Shown: positions 17,965 to 27,660 of the stretch, in pieces
How positions within the stretch are numbered: the first letter of the stretch is position 1
Layout of the letters: each line of letters opens with the position of its first letter
Source of the DNA: Candidatus Omnitrophota bacterium
Lineage (GTDB): Bacteria > Omnitrophota > Gorgyraeia > JABMRN01 > RBG-13-46-9
Assembly: GCA_016782445.1 (NCBI GenBank)
Contig: JADHYM010000004.1
Location: forward strand, 1-52,192
Reading direction: 5' to 3'
DNA: 52,192 nucleotides
Translations under genes and position numbers: made by a program
Notes under the pieces: generated by a model
The model's input: the letters and a program-made list of their open reading frames with translations, nothing else
Database searches by the model: none
Told to the model about the DNA's origin: nothing

Positions 17965-19140
17965 ATGAAAAAAATTATATTAGCGTACTCCGGCGGGTTG
18001 GACACATCGGTTGCCGTCAGGTGGCTTAAGGAAAAGGGTTTTAACGTTATTTGTTACATGGCGGACGTGGGCCAGGGGCAGAATTTTTCTATTGCCATAA
18101 AAAGGGCCAAAAAGACAGGCGCCTCCAAGGTAATAGTAGGCGATCTTAAAAAGGAATTCGTAAATGACTTTGTCTGGCCGAGTCTAAAGGCAAACGCTGT
18201 CTACGAGTCCAAATACTTTCTGGCGACAGCGCTTTCGAGGCCTGTTATCGCGAAGGCACTTGTAAATGCGGCACACGCTGAAAAGGCGGACTTTGTGGCG
18301 CACGGGTGCACGGGCAAAGGAAACGACCAGGTAAGGTTCGAGGTTTCGATAGCTGCGCTTGACCCTAAAATAAAGGTTATAGCCCCTGTAAGGGAATGGG
18401 ATCTTCCGACAAGGGAATCAGAGATAAGGTATGCTAAAGTGCATAATATAGCTATAGATGTTACAAAAAAGAAGCCCTACAGCATCGATAGAAACGTATG
18501 GGGGGTAAGCATAGAAAGCGGAAAGTTGGAAGACCCGTGGTTTGAACCGACTGAAGACGCTTATCAAATTACTCTTCCGGTCGAAAAGTCTCCCGCGAAG
18601 GGGGCATATCTTGAAATTTACTTTAAACACGGCATTCCGAAAAAGATTAACGGGAAGGCGTACGATGGGTTTAAACTCATCGAAAAGCTGAACTCGATCG
18701 GCGGAAAGCATTCTATAGGAAGGTCGGATCTTATAGAGGACAGGCTGGTAGGGATTAAGTCCAGAGAGATCTACGAGGCGCCGGCTGCTTTTATACTTTT
18801 CGAGGCGCATAAAGCGCTTGAGGGTTTGACGCTCGACAGGGAAATGCTTTATTTTAAGGAACTTGTGTCGCTAAAATACGCAAGGCTTATATATGACGGG
18901 CTCTGGTTTACGCCGCTTAAACAGGCGATCGACAGGTTTGTAGATTATACGCAAAGAAACGTTCAAGGGACGGTTAAAATAAAGCTCCTAAAGGGGAATG
19001 CTTTTGTTGTGGGCAGAAAGTCGCCGTGTTCAGCGTATAAGAAGGAGCTTGCCACCTACTCAAAAGGCGACAAGTTCGACCAGTCTCTTGCGAAGGGATT
19101 TATCGAATTATTCGGGCTACCGTACAGGAAGAAGCTATAA
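17965..19140 (+). CDS. argG: Argininosuccinate synthase
   Basis: LAYSGGLDTS, AHGCTGKGNDQVRFE, GIKSREIYEAP. Confidence 0.98.
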   Translation: MKKIILAYSGGLDTSVAVRWLKEKGFNVICYMADVGQGQNFSIAIKRAKKTGASKVIVGDLKKEFVNDFVWPSLKANAVYESKYFLATALSRPVIAKALVNAAHAEKADFVAHGCTGKGNDQVRFEVSIAALDPKIKVIAPVREWDLPTRESEIRYAKVHNIAIDVTKKKPYSIDRNVWGVSIESGKLEDPWFEPTEDAYQITLPVEKSPAKGAYLEIYFKHGIPKKINGKAYDGFKLIEKLNSIGGKHSIGRSDLIEDRLVGIKSREIYEAPAAFILFEAHKALEGLTLDREMLYFKELVSLKYARLIYDGLWFTPLKQAIDRFVDYTQRNVQGTVKIKLLKGNAFVVGRKSPCSAYKKELATYSKGDKFDQSLAKGFIELFGLPYRKKL

Positions 19141-19156
19141 GCTGTAAGCTATAAGC
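19132..19156 (+). repeat. AAGCT(A/G)T heptamer array upstream of argH (left arm)
   Basis: AAGCTAT AAGCTGT AAGCTAT AAGC; overlaps the argG stop. Confidence 0.8.
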
Positions 19157-19166
19157 GGAGGGAACA

Positions 19167-20567
19167 ATGGCAAAGAAACTTTGGGGTGGAAGATTTAGTA
19201 AAAAAACCGACCCGATGGTTGAAGAATTTACAAAATCTATAGACCATGACTATAAATTAGCGGAATATGATGTTATGGGATCAAAAATACATGTTAGAGT
19301 TCTAAGAAAAAGCGGACTTCTTACAAGTCAAGAAGAAACCAAACTCATGGTAGCTCTGAATAAAATATCTGGCCAAATAGAAAACGGGAAATTTAATCCA
19401 GATAAGAAATGTGAAGATATTCATACTAATATTCAAAATTTACTAGAAAAAAATAAAATAATAGGTGATTTAGTGCTTAAGTTGCATGCGGCAAGATCGA
19501 GAAACGATCAGGTGCTTTTTTCGCTAAAGCTATTTTGTAAAACGGAACTATTAGAACTAAATATCTTATGTGTAGAATTACAGAAATCATTACTAGGAGT
19601 AGTTAGGAAAAATATAGGTTTAATAATACCTGGCTATACCCACTTACAGCACGCACAGCTTGTATTATTATCCGATTATTTGCAATCGTATGTTGAGATG
19701 TTGGAGAGAGACGATTTTAGGTTGAGCTCGATAAGAAACAATATAAAGCTATCTCTAGGTGCAGGGGCCCTAGCGGGTACCCCAATTGAACCAAAAAAAT
19801 ATAAAGATGCTATAAAAGAATTTCTTCTTGAAGAAAAAGAGTTAGCAAAAGTGCTTAATATAGAAGAAAGCCTTACGACACCAAAATCAATTGAAACTGT
19901 AAGCGATAGAGATTTTGTTATCGAAATCCTATCTGCATTATCAATTTTAGGTATGCATCTTTCTAGGTTGGCGGAAGATTTAATAGTATGGTCAACAAAA
20001 GAGTTTGGTTTTGTAGAGCTAGACGATGCGTTTGCTACGGGTAGCTCTTTAATGCCGCAAAAGAAGAACCCAGATGTACTTGAGCTGATAAGAGGTTATA
20101 CGGGTACACTATATGGCAATTTGGTAAGTGTATTGACAGTAATGAAGGGGTTGCCCCTTACATATAATAGAGATATGCAACTTGATAAACCGCCTCTTTT
20201 TAGTTCATTTGAGATTATAGAAAAAGAACTAAAGGTATTACCTAAGCTTATCGAAACGCTTAAGTGGAATAAGGCAAATATTAAAAAAGTTATAGACGAA
20301 GACGAAACCTTATATGCTACAGATCTCGTTTATTACCTTATTGGTAAAAATATCCCGTTTAAAAACGCTCATGATATTATAGGAAAATTAGTTAAATTTT
20401 CGCTTAATACAGGGAGAAAAATAAAGGATATGAAAGATCAGGAGCTTAAGCAATTTTCAAACAAGCTAAAACACGATGAAATATATAAGCTTATTGATCC
20501 GGAAGTATCAGTATTGTCTAGAGTTTCAGTCAATAGAACAAAAATAAAAGAAAAGGAGAAAGCTTAG
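19167..20567 (+). CDS. argH: Argininosuccinate lyase (AT-rich, divergent copy)
   Basis: LWGGRF, RSRNDQ, PGYTHLQHAQ, TGSSLMPQKKNPD, KGLPLTYNRDMQ. Confidence 0.96.
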   Translation: MAKKLWGGRFSKKTDPMVEEFTKSIDHDYKLAEYDVMGSKIHVRVLRKSGLLTSQEETKLMVALNKISGQIENGKFNPDKKCEDIHTNIQNLLEKNKIIGDLVLKLHAARSRNDQVLFSLKLFCKTELLELNILCVELQKSLLGVVRKNIGLIIPGYTHLQHAQLVLLSDYLQSYVEMLERDDFRLSSIRNNIKLSLGAGALAGTPIEPKKYKDAIKEFLLEEKELAKVLNIEESLTTPKSIETVSDRDFVIEILSALSILGMHLSRLAEDLIVWSTKEFGFVELDDAFATGSSLMPQKKNPDVLELIRGYTGTLYGNLVSVLTVMKGLPLTYNRDMQLDKPPLFSSFEIIEKELKVLPKLIETLKWNKANIKKVIDEDETLYATDLVYYLIGKNIPFKNAHDIIGKLVKFSLNTGRKIKDMKDQELKQFSNKLKHDEIYKLIDPEVSVLSRVSVNRTKIKEKEKA

Positions 20568-20600
20568 AGCTTATAGCTTAAAGCTTACAGCTTATAGCTG
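20561..20600 (+). repeat. AGCTTAN heptamer array downstream of argH (right arm, complementary to 19132-19156)
   Basis: AGCTTAG AGCTTAT AGCTTAA AGCTTAC AGCTTAT AGCTG; the first unit supplies the argH stop. Confidence 0.85.
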
Positions 20601-20606
20601 GAGAAT

Positions 20607-21848
20607 ATGCATCGCTTTAAATACAAACATAACGCGCTTTTTTGCGAAGACGTAAGCGTCGCCGAGATAGCCGAACATGTCGGCACGCCGCTTTATATCT
20701 ACTCAAAAAATACGCTCATTGACCACTATCGAAAGATCGAGAACGCGCTTCGCGAGATAGCGCCGCTTATCTGCTTTTCGGTAAAGAGCAATTCAAACCT
20801 CTCGGTTTTAAGGGCCCTTGTCGCCGCTGGTGCCGGGCTCGACATTGTGTCCGGCGGAGAGCTCTATCGGGCGAAGTGTGCCAAGGCGAGCCCGAGAAAG
20901 ATCGTATATGCGGGTGTCGGCAAGAAGAAGGACGAGATCCTCGAGGCGATACGCTATGGCATACTTTTTTTCAACATTGAGTCGCAGGAAGAGCTCGAGC
21001 TTATAAACAGGTGTGCCGGAACGCTCAGGAAGAAGGTAAACGTAGCCGTCCGGATCAATCCGGACGTAGGGGCCTCTACGCACAGCTATATCACTACGGG
21101 AAAGTCGCATACGAAGTTTGGCGTAGATTTTGACACGGCGAAAAAGATTTTTCGTTTGTCCTGGAAATACAGGAACACACGGATGAACGGCGTGCACGTT
21201 CATGTCGGCTCGCAGATATTGAATTCCCGGCCCTTTGAGAAGGCGGTCAGGAAGGTCCTCGTCTTTTTAAAAGAGAACGAGATATTTATAGAATACCTCA
21301 ACATAGGAGGTGGGCTCGGAATAGTCTATTCTTTTGAAAAGCCCCAGACGGCCGCTTCTTTTGCGATGAGGGTCCTACCGCTTATTAAGAAAACGGGCTT
21401 AAAGCTTATAGTAGAGCCCGGCAGGTTCATATCCGGAAACTCCGGCATTATGGTTACAAAAGTCCTTTACAGGAAAAAGACCGCGGGCAAAAATTTCGCG
21501 ATTGTTGACTCAGGCATGAATGACCTGATAAGGCCGAGCCTTTACGAGGCTCACCATACGATCGTTCCGGTCAGGAAAAGCAAAAAAAGCGCTAAAATAA
21601 AGTATGACATAGTAGGACCTATTTGCGAGACAGGGGACTTTCTCGCAAAGGGGCGGAGTCTGCCGAGTCTCCGGCAGGGAGAGCTTTTAGCTATCATGGG
21701 AGCGGGCGCGTACGGCTACACCATGTCCTCAAACTATAACTCACGCTGTCGCGCAGCCGAGGTAATGGTTGACGGCGCGAAATTCTTCGTTGTAAAGATG
21801 CGTGAAACTTACAAGAATCTTGTGAGAGGGGAAACAGGTAGAAACTGA
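20607..21848 (+). CDS. lysA: Diaminopimelate decarboxylase
   Basis: FSVKSN, DIVSGGEL, HVHVGSQ, NIGGG, EPGR, VGPICETGD, GAYG...SNYNSR. Confidence 0.97.
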   Translation: MHRFKYKHNALFCEDVSVAEIAEHVGTPLYIYSKNTLIDHYRKIENALREIAPLICFSVKSNSNLSVLRALVAAGAGLDIVSGGELYRAKCAKASPRKIVYAGVGKKKDEILEAIRYGILFFNIESQEELELINRCAGTLRKKVNVAVRINPDVGASTHSYITTGKSHTKFGVDFDTAKKIFRLSWKYRNTRMNGVHVHVGSQILNSRPFEKAVRKVLVFLKENEIFIEYLNIGGGLGIVYSFEKPQTAASFAMRVLPLIKKTGLKLIVEPGRFISGNSGIMVTKVLYRKKTAGKNFAIVDSGMNDLIRPSLYEAHHTIVPVRKSKKSAKIKYDIVGPICETGDFLAKGRSLPSLRQGELLAIMGAGAYGYTMSSNYNSRCRAAEVMVDGAKFFVVKMRETYKNLVRGETGRN

Positions 21849-22666
21849 TGCAGGTTGAGTTTACCAAAGCTGTTGCCAGCGGCAATGACTTCGTGATTCT
21901 CAATAATTTTGGCAACAAATACCGGGATCTTAAGACGAGGTTTGCGGATTTTGCCCGTTTCGTTTGCCACAGGAGATTTTCAATAGGCGCTGACGGACTT
22001 CTCGTTCTGGAAGCGTCTAAAAAAGCTGATTTCAAAATGAGAATTTTTAATCCGGACGGCCGAGAGGTTTCCATGTGCGGCAACGGTATACGCGTTTCGG
22101 CGGTGTGCGCATATGAAAACAATCTGGCGGGTGAAAAAATGAAGATCGAAACTCTTGCCGGCGCGCTGGCCGCAGAAATAAACGGGCAGAGCGTAAAGGT
22201 TAAAATGACCGAGCCGAAGAATGTTAAAATAGATCAGAATATAGGCGTTGAGTCATCTATCGTAAACATGCACAGCGTGGACACGGGCGTTCCGCACGCG
22301 ATCCATTTTGTGGATAACATAGAAGATTACCCGGTAAAGAAAATAGGCGAACTCGTAAGGCGTCACAAAGTTTTTGAGCCCGAGGGAACAAATGCCGATT
22401 TCGTAAAGATTATAGATCCTTCTACCATAGAGGTACGGACCTACGAGCGGGGAGTTGAGGACGAGACCCTGGCCTGTGGCACCGGCATTGTGGCGTCGGC
22501 TGTTATCGCGAACATTGTTCATGACGTGAGCCAGCCGGTGAGCGTGCTTACAAAAAGCAAAGAGACGCTAAAAGTTTATTTTAGGAAGGAACGGGACGTT
22601 TTTAAAGATGTCTATTTTGAAGGAAAAGCATTTATCGTATTTAAGGGGGTGCTCGATTATGTTTAA
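21848..22666 (+). CDS. dapF: Diaminopimelate epimerase
   Basis: SGNDF, MCGNG, TGVPH, RTYERGVEDETLACGTG. Confidence 0.97.
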   Translation: MQVEFTKAVASGNDFVILNNFGNKYRDLKTRFADFARFVCHRRFSIGADGLLVLEASKKADFKMRIFNPDGREVSMCGNGIRVSAVCAYENNLAGEKMKIETLAGALAAEINGQSVKVKMTEPKNVKIDQNIGVESSIVNMHSVDTGVPHAIHFVDNIEDYPVKKIGELVRRHKVFEPEGTNADFVKIIDPSTIEVRTYERGVEDETLACGTGIVASAVIANIVHDVSQPVSVLTKSKETLKVYFRKERDVFKDVYFEGKAFIVFKGVLDYV

Positions 22667-23525
22667 AGGTTCTTTTGTAGCTATAGTTACGCCTTTTAAG
22701 AATGGAAAAGTAGATAAAACGAAGTTCAGGGAGCTTATCGAGTTTCAGATCGAGAATGGAACCGATGGCATAGTCCCGGCAGGATGCACAGGCGAGGCTG
22801 CGACGCTTACGCACCAGGAGCAAACGGCGCTCGTTAAGCTTACATGCGAGATAGTGAATGACCGCGTGCCGGTCATAGCCGGCGCCGGATCTAATTCTAC
22901 GGCCGAGGCTGTCTCACTGACGAAATGCGCGAAACGAGCGGGTGCCGACGGAATCCTTTCGATAACGCCGTATTACAACAAGCCTACGCCCGAGGGACAA
23001 TACAGACATTATGAGGCGGTCGCTAAGGCCGTTGATATACCGATCATGATTTACAACGTGCCTTCACGAACGGGAATATCCATAAAGCCGGAGACGGTCG
23101 CGAGGCTCTCAAAAATTGATAATATCGCGGCGATAAAAGAAGCCTCCGGAAGCCTGGACCAGGTAAGCCAGATCATCTCACTCTGCGACATAACGGTTTT
23201 AAGCGGAGACGATTCGCTTACGCTTCCGATGATGGCTGTGGGTGCCCGGGGAGTTGTGAGTGTGGTCGCGAATGTTGTGCCGGGTGAGGTTCATGAAATG
23301 ACAAAGGCGTACCTGGACGGAAATATTGAAGAGGCCAGAAAAATGCACTATAAAATACTTCCTCTATGCAAGGCCATGTTCATAGAGACAAACCCGTTGC
23401 CGGTAAAGACATCGCTTAAGATGCTCGGCATGCTGAATGGCGAGATGCGCCTTCCTCTCTGCGAAATGGAAGCTAAAAACCGCGCAACGCTAAAGAAAGC
23501 GCTTAAGGAGTACGGGCTTTTATGA
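22659..23525 (+). CDS. dapA: 4-hydroxy-tetrahydrodipicolinate synthase
   Basis: MFKGSFVAIVTPF, GCTGE, PYYNKP, YNVPSRTG, IKEASG; start at ATG 22659. Confidence 0.97.
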   Translation: MFKGSFVAIVTPFKNGKVDKTKFRELIEFQIENGTDGIVPAGCTGEAATLTHQEQTALVKLTCEIVNDRVPVIAGAGSNSTAEAVSLTKCAKRAGADGILSITPYYNKPTPEGQYRHYEAVAKAVDIPIMIYNVPSRTGISIKPETVARLSKIDNIAAIKEASGSLDQVSQIISLCDITVLSGDDSLTLPMMAVGARGVVSVVANVVPGEVHEMTKAYLDGNIEEARKMHYKILPLCKAMFIETNPLPVKTSLKMLGMLNGEMRLPLCEMEAKNRATLKKALKEYGLL

Positions 23526-24232
23526 CGAAAATTGTTATTAGCGGTGCGCTCGGCAGAATGGGTAAGCGTATAAGAGAGCTGGCCGAAAAGGACCGAGAGC
23601 TGGAAATTACAGGCCTTCTTGAAAAAGTTCCCCGTGCAGATCTTGGAATATTCTCTTCTTTAAATGATTTAAAGAAAGGGTTTGACTGTGTGATTGAATT
23701 TACCACTCCCGAGGCTACGCTTTTGCGGGTAAAGGAAGCGAAGAAGCTTGAAAAAGCAATCGTGATAGGCACGACCGGACTTTCTAAAGAGCAGCAACAT
23801 GTTATTTACGAGGCGTCTTTACGTATACCAATAGTATTCGCGCCGAACATGTCTTGCGGGGTTAATCTTTTTTTAAGCCTCATAGGAAAATCAGCCGGTG
23901 TTTTGGGAAAGGATTACAGGGTGAGCGTGAAAGAAGCGCACCACGTACACAAGCAGGATAAACCGAGCGGCACGGCGAAGCTCATGCGAGAGATCGTCAA
24001 AAAAAGCCTTGAGAGAGACGAGGAGATTTCTATAGAATCTGTCCGTCGAGGCGAGATCGTAGGAGACCACGAAATTGTGTTTGAAAGTGAAGTAGATACG
24101 ATAAAGATATCGCATAGCGCAAAGACGAGGGACATCTTCGCCCTGGGCGCTTTAAAGGCCGCGAAGTTTGTCGTAAAAAAGAAAAAAGGCATGTTCGACA
24201 TGCTCGAAGTGCTGGGGCTTAAGCCTGCCTGA
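23522..24232 (+). CDS. dapB: 4-hydroxy-tetrahydrodipicolinate reductase
   Basis: GALGRMG, VIGTTG, APNMSCG, EAHHVHKQDKPSGTA. Confidence 0.96.
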   Translation: MTKIVISGALGRMGKRIRELAEKDRELEITGLLEKVPRADLGIFSSLNDLKKGFDCVIEFTTPEATLLRVKEAKKLEKAIVIGTTGLSKEQQHVIYEASLRIPIVFAPNMSCGVNLFLSLIGKSAGVLGKDYRVSVKEAHHVHKQDKPSGTAKLMREIVKKSLERDEEISIESVRRGEIVGDHEIVFESEVDTIKISHSAKTRDIFALGALKAAKFVVKKKKGMFDMLEVLGLKPA

Positions 24233-24243
24233 CGGCAGGCAGG
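24224..24243. repeat. REP-like palindrome that supplies the dapB stop
   Basis: CCTGCCTG-acgg-CAGGCAGG. Confidence 0.65.
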
Positions 24244-24252
24244 GAGTAAAAA

Positions 24253-25425
24253 ATGGGACCGAGGTTCGACATATCAAGGAGACTAAAAGAATTACCTCCA
24301 TATCTATTCGTGGAAATGGATAGGGCGAAAAAGGAGGCTGTGGAGAAGGGCCGTGACGTCATAGATTTAGGCGTAGGCGACCCGGACCAGCCAACCCCGC
24401 GTTTTATCATAGATGCGTTTCACAGGGCAACCCTTGATGCGAAGACGCATGCGTACCCGAGCAACAAGGGGCTTCCTGAATTGCGGATAGCGATTGCACA
24501 GTGGTATAAGTCGCGCTTTGGCGTCGAGCTTAATCCCGACGATGAAATACTGCCGCTTATAGGCTCGAAAGAGGGCATAGCTCACATGCCACTTGCTTTT
24601 ATAAACCCGCACGACGCGGTGTTAGTTCCGGAGCCGTGCTACCCGCCGTACAAGTCCGGTGTGATATTCGCGGGTGGAGAAGTGTCCATAATGCCGCTTC
24701 TCGGGAGAAATAATTTCCTTCCGGACCTGGGAGCCGTTAAAAGCAGCCTTCTTTCGCGGACGAAACTCATGTTCCTGAATTACCCGAATAACCCGACAGC
24801 CGCAACCGCGGAACCTAAGTTTTTCAGTGAAGTCGTGCGGTTCGCCGAAAAAAATAACATCATAGTATGCCACGACGCGGCGTATAGCGAGATTAGCTTT
24901 GACGGTTACAAGCCTACGAGCTTTCTTGCCGTAGACCGCGCGCGTGAAGTGGGGATAGAATTTCATTCCCTCTCTAAGACGTTCAATATGACAGGGTGGC
25001 GCATCGGATTTGCCTGTGGCAATGCGCATCTCATAGAGGGCCTGGCCAAAATAAAATCCAATATTGATTCAGGCATTTTTAACGCTGTCCAGATGGCCGG
25101 CGTAGAGGCGCTAAAGAAAGCCCGCGTTATCTCCGCGAAAAACTCACGCTTTTACCAGAAACGAAGAGATGTCCTTGTTAACGGCCTCCGAAAACTCGGC
25201 TGGAACGTGCCGAAGCCGAAGGCTTCTTTTTACGTCTGGGCGCCTGTCCTTAAGAGATATACTTCGGTTACTATGGCCCGGGAATTACTGGAGAGGGCGG
25301 ACCTTGTGGTCACGCCGGGCAATGGCTTCGGCCAGAGCGGCGAGGGCTATGTGCGCATGTCGCTTACCGTCGATGAATCGCGTCTTGCAGAGGCAGTCAA
25401 GAGAATCGGTAAAGTAATAAGTTAA
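24253..25425 (+). CDS. dapL: LL-diaminopimelate aminotransferase (class I PLP enzyme)
   Basis: LPPYLF, DLGVGDPD, GSKEG, NYPNNPT, HDAAY, SLSKTFNMTGWRIG; directly after dapAB. Confidence 0.85.
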   Translation: MGPRFDISRRLKELPPYLFVEMDRAKKEAVEKGRDVIDLGVGDPDQPTPRFIIDAFHRATLDAKTHAYPSNKGLPELRIAIAQWYKSRFGVELNPDDEILPLIGSKEGIAHMPLAFINPHDAVLVPEPCYPPYKSGVIFAGGEVSIMPLLGRNNFLPDLGAVKSSLLSRTKLMFLNYPNNPTAATAEPKFFSEVVRFAEKNNIIVCHDAAYSEISFDGYKPTSFLAVDRAREVGIEFHSLSKTFNMTGWRIGFACGNAHLIEGLAKIKSNIDSGIFNAVQMAGVEALKKARVISAKNSRFYQKRRDVLVNGLRKLGWNVPKPKASFYVWAPVLKRYTSVTMARELLERADLVVTPGNGFGQSGEGYVRMSLTVDESRLAEAVKRIGKVIS

Positions 25426-25429
25426 ATTT

Positions 25430-25477
25430 AGCCACCCACTTTAGTGGGTGGTTTCGGCAGCCTATTTGCTGCCGAAA
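25430..25477. repeat. Two tandem hairpins (REP-like element plus terminator-like stem)
   Basis: AGCCACCCACT-tt-AGTGGGTGGTT, then TTTCGGCAGC-ctattt-GCTGCCGAAA. Confidence 0.7.
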
Positions 25478-25492
25478 AGCAACAAAAGACGA

Positions 25493-25924
25493 ATGATGAG
25501 AAATAAAACAACTGTTGCGTATATAGGCGTAGGGTCGAATCTCGGTGACAGAAAAGGCAACATAGAAAAGGCGAGAAAGCTCGTAAATCTCATAAAAGAT
25601 ACATCCGTCAAAAAAAACTCCTCGATTCACGAGACAGAGCCCGTGGGCGGGCCTATGCAGGGTGCATTTTTAAACGGTGTCATGGAAATTGAGACAAGAC
25701 TCGATCCTCTAAGGCTTCTCGAGGAGCTCAAGCACATTGAGGCGTTTCTGGGAAGGAAAAGGGCGTTAAGGAACGGGCCGAGAACGATAGACCTGGACAT
25801 ACTTCTTTATGGCGACAAAAGGATAAAAAAAAGAAATCTTGTGATACCCCACCCCAGGATGCACAAGCGGGAATTTGTTTTGCGGGGATTAAGGGAGATT
25901 AAGCGGGGACAGGTCTCTTCCTGA
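25493..25924 (+). CDS. folK: 2-amino-4-hydroxy-6-hydroxymethyldihydropteridine diphosphokinase
   Basis: YIGVGSNLGD, FLN, GPRTIDLDIL, IPHPRM..REFVL; start at ATG 25493 or 25496. Confidence 0.95.
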   Translation: MMRNKTTVAYIGVGSNLGDRKGNIEKARKLVNLIKDTSVKKNSSIHETEPVGGPMQGAFLNGVMEIETRLDPLRLLEELKHIEAFLGRKRALRNGPRTIDLDILLYGDKRIKKRNLVIPHPRMHKREFVLRGLREIKRGQVSS

Positions 25925-25954
25925 GACTATGCCTGATATAGAGACCTGTCCCCG
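25904..25954. repeat. 15-bp inverted repeat (REP-like) overlapping the folK 3' end
   Basis: CGGGGACAGGTCTCT...AGAGACCTGTCCCCG. Confidence 0.8.
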
Positions 25955-25957
25955 TCG

Positions 25958-26830
25958 GTGAAAAAAATGCTTAAGGTAATAACTGAAATAGACAAAATGA
26001 AAACTTACGCGAAGATAATGCGTAAGGACAGTAAGGTCATCGGTTTTGTCCCCACCATGGGATACTTCCACGAAGGACACTTGTCCCTTATGCGCGCTGC
26101 CAGAAAGCAGTGCGATACCGTGATCGTGAGCGTTTATGTAAACCCCGCGCAGTTCGCACCGTATGAAGATTTTACAAAGTATCCCCGCCAGATAAAAAGA
26201 GACGAAGAACTGGCAAGAACCGAAGGTGCGGACGTAATCTTCGTTCCCCGTGATGAAGACATGTATCCGGAGGGTTATTCTACTTACGTGAACGTAGAGG
26301 GTTTAACGGAAAAACTTTGCGGTAAGGCCCGTCCCGGGCATTTTAGGGGAGTGACAACCGTAGTGATGAAACTCTTCGAGATAGTAAAGCCGGAGATTGC
26401 CTATTTTGGGCAGAAAGACGCCCAGCAGGCTTTCGTGATACAGAAAATGATAAAAGATCTGAACCTCGATATAACAATGAAAATATTGGCTACTGTGCGG
26501 GAAAAAGACGGGCTCGCCATGAGCTCAAGAAACTCGTATCTGAAAAAAACCGAGAGAAAAGAAGCACCCATTGTATATCAGGCACTTTTAGGGGCCGAGC
26601 GTATGGTGCAGGCCGGCGAGAATAGCGCTAAAGTGATGACGAAAGCTATGCGCGAAACAATAAAAAAAGCCTCGTCCGCAAAAATAGATTATATATCCGT
26701 AGTGGATACGGAAAGCCTCGAGGATGTCGCGACCATAAAAAACGAAGCGCTTGTCACGGCTGCAGTTTTAATAGGAAAAACACGTTTAATCGACAATATA
26801 ATAGTGAATACGAACCCCGGTATAAGATGA
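25958..26830 (+). CDS. panC: Pantoate--beta-alanine ligase
   Basis: FVPTMGYFHEGH, RPGHFRGV, FGQKDAQQ, DGLAMSSRN, RLIDN. Confidence 0.97.
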   Translation: MKKMLKVITEIDKMKTYAKIMRKDSKVIGFVPTMGYFHEGHLSLMRAARKQCDTVIVSVYVNPAQFAPYEDFTKYPRQIKRDEELARTEGADVIFVPRDEDMYPEGYSTYVNVEGLTEKLCGKARPGHFRGVTTVVMKLFEIVKPEIAYFGQKDAQQAFVIQKMIKDLNLDITMKILATVREKDGLAMSSRNSYLKKTERKEAPIVYQALLGAERMVQAGENSAKVMTKAMRETIKKASSAKIDYISVVDTESLEDVATIKNEALVTAAVLIGKTRLIDNIIVNTNPGIR

Positions 26831-27639
26831 AGCGGCTTAAAATAGGCATTATAGGATGTGGGTTTATGGGAACGGAGATGGCAAAGTTCTCAAAAAAAGA
26901 ACTTTCGCACATTACGCGCCTTGTGGCCCTTTACGATATACGCCGCGAAAAAGCCGAGACGCTCGCTTCTTTTTTAAAAAGTGAGGGCGCCATAACAAAA
27001 TCGGATAACGAGGTCTTTAAGAAAAGCGACCTCATAATAGAGTGCGCCTCCCCCGTGACCGCTAAACCATTTCTTGAGAAGGCTATAAAAATGTCAAAAA
27101 GCATTCTCATAATGAGCGTGGGAGGGCTTATAAAAAGCAGTAATCTACTGAATAAGGCCAGGGAAAAGGGCATAAAAGTGTACCTGCCGAGCGGCGCCAT
27201 ACTTGGCATAGACGGGTTAAAAGCTGCCAAGCTTTCTGTAATAAGAAAGGTTACGCTGACAACCCGCAAGCCGCCGCGTGGCCTAGTGGGAGCCCCGTAT
27301 CTTAAGGAAAAAGGCATAGATGTAAGCGCGATAAAAAGCGAAACAATAATTTTTGAAGGAAACGCGGCCGAAGCCGTAAAAGCATTTCCCAAAAACGTTA
27401 ACGTGGCATCGCTTTTAAGCATAGCGGGGCTCGGCTCAAAAAAAACAAAAGTCAGGATCATGACTTCGCCCAAGTACAAAAAGAATACTCATGAGATAGA
27501 GATAGAAGGCGAGTTTGGCAGGATAAACATAGTAACTGAAAACGTGCCTTCTGAAAATCCTAAAACAAGCAAGTTAGCGGCGCTTTCTGCAATGGCCACG
27601 CTTTGGGGCATAGCAGACAGCGTGAAAATCGGAACGTGA
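26827..27639 (+). CDS. nadX: L-aspartate dehydrogenase
   Basis: IGCGFMG, ECAS, MSVGGL, PSGAILGIDG, FPKNVNVA, ENPKTSKLAALS. Confidence 0.92.
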   Translation: MKRLKIGIIGCGFMGTEMAKFSKKELSHITRLVALYDIRREKAETLASFLKSEGAITKSDNEVFKKSDLIIECASPVTAKPFLEKAIKMSKSILIMSVGGLIKSSNLLNKAREKGIKVYLPSGAILGIDGLKAAKLSVIRKVTLTTRKPPRGLVGAPYLKEKGIDVSAIKSETIIFEGNAAEAVKAFPKNVNVASLLSIAGLGSKKTKVRIMTSPKYKKNTHEIEIEGEFGRINIVTENVPSENPKTSKLAALSAMATLWGIADSVKIGT

Positions 27640-27660
27640 ATCGAAGGGAGGTGAAACAGA

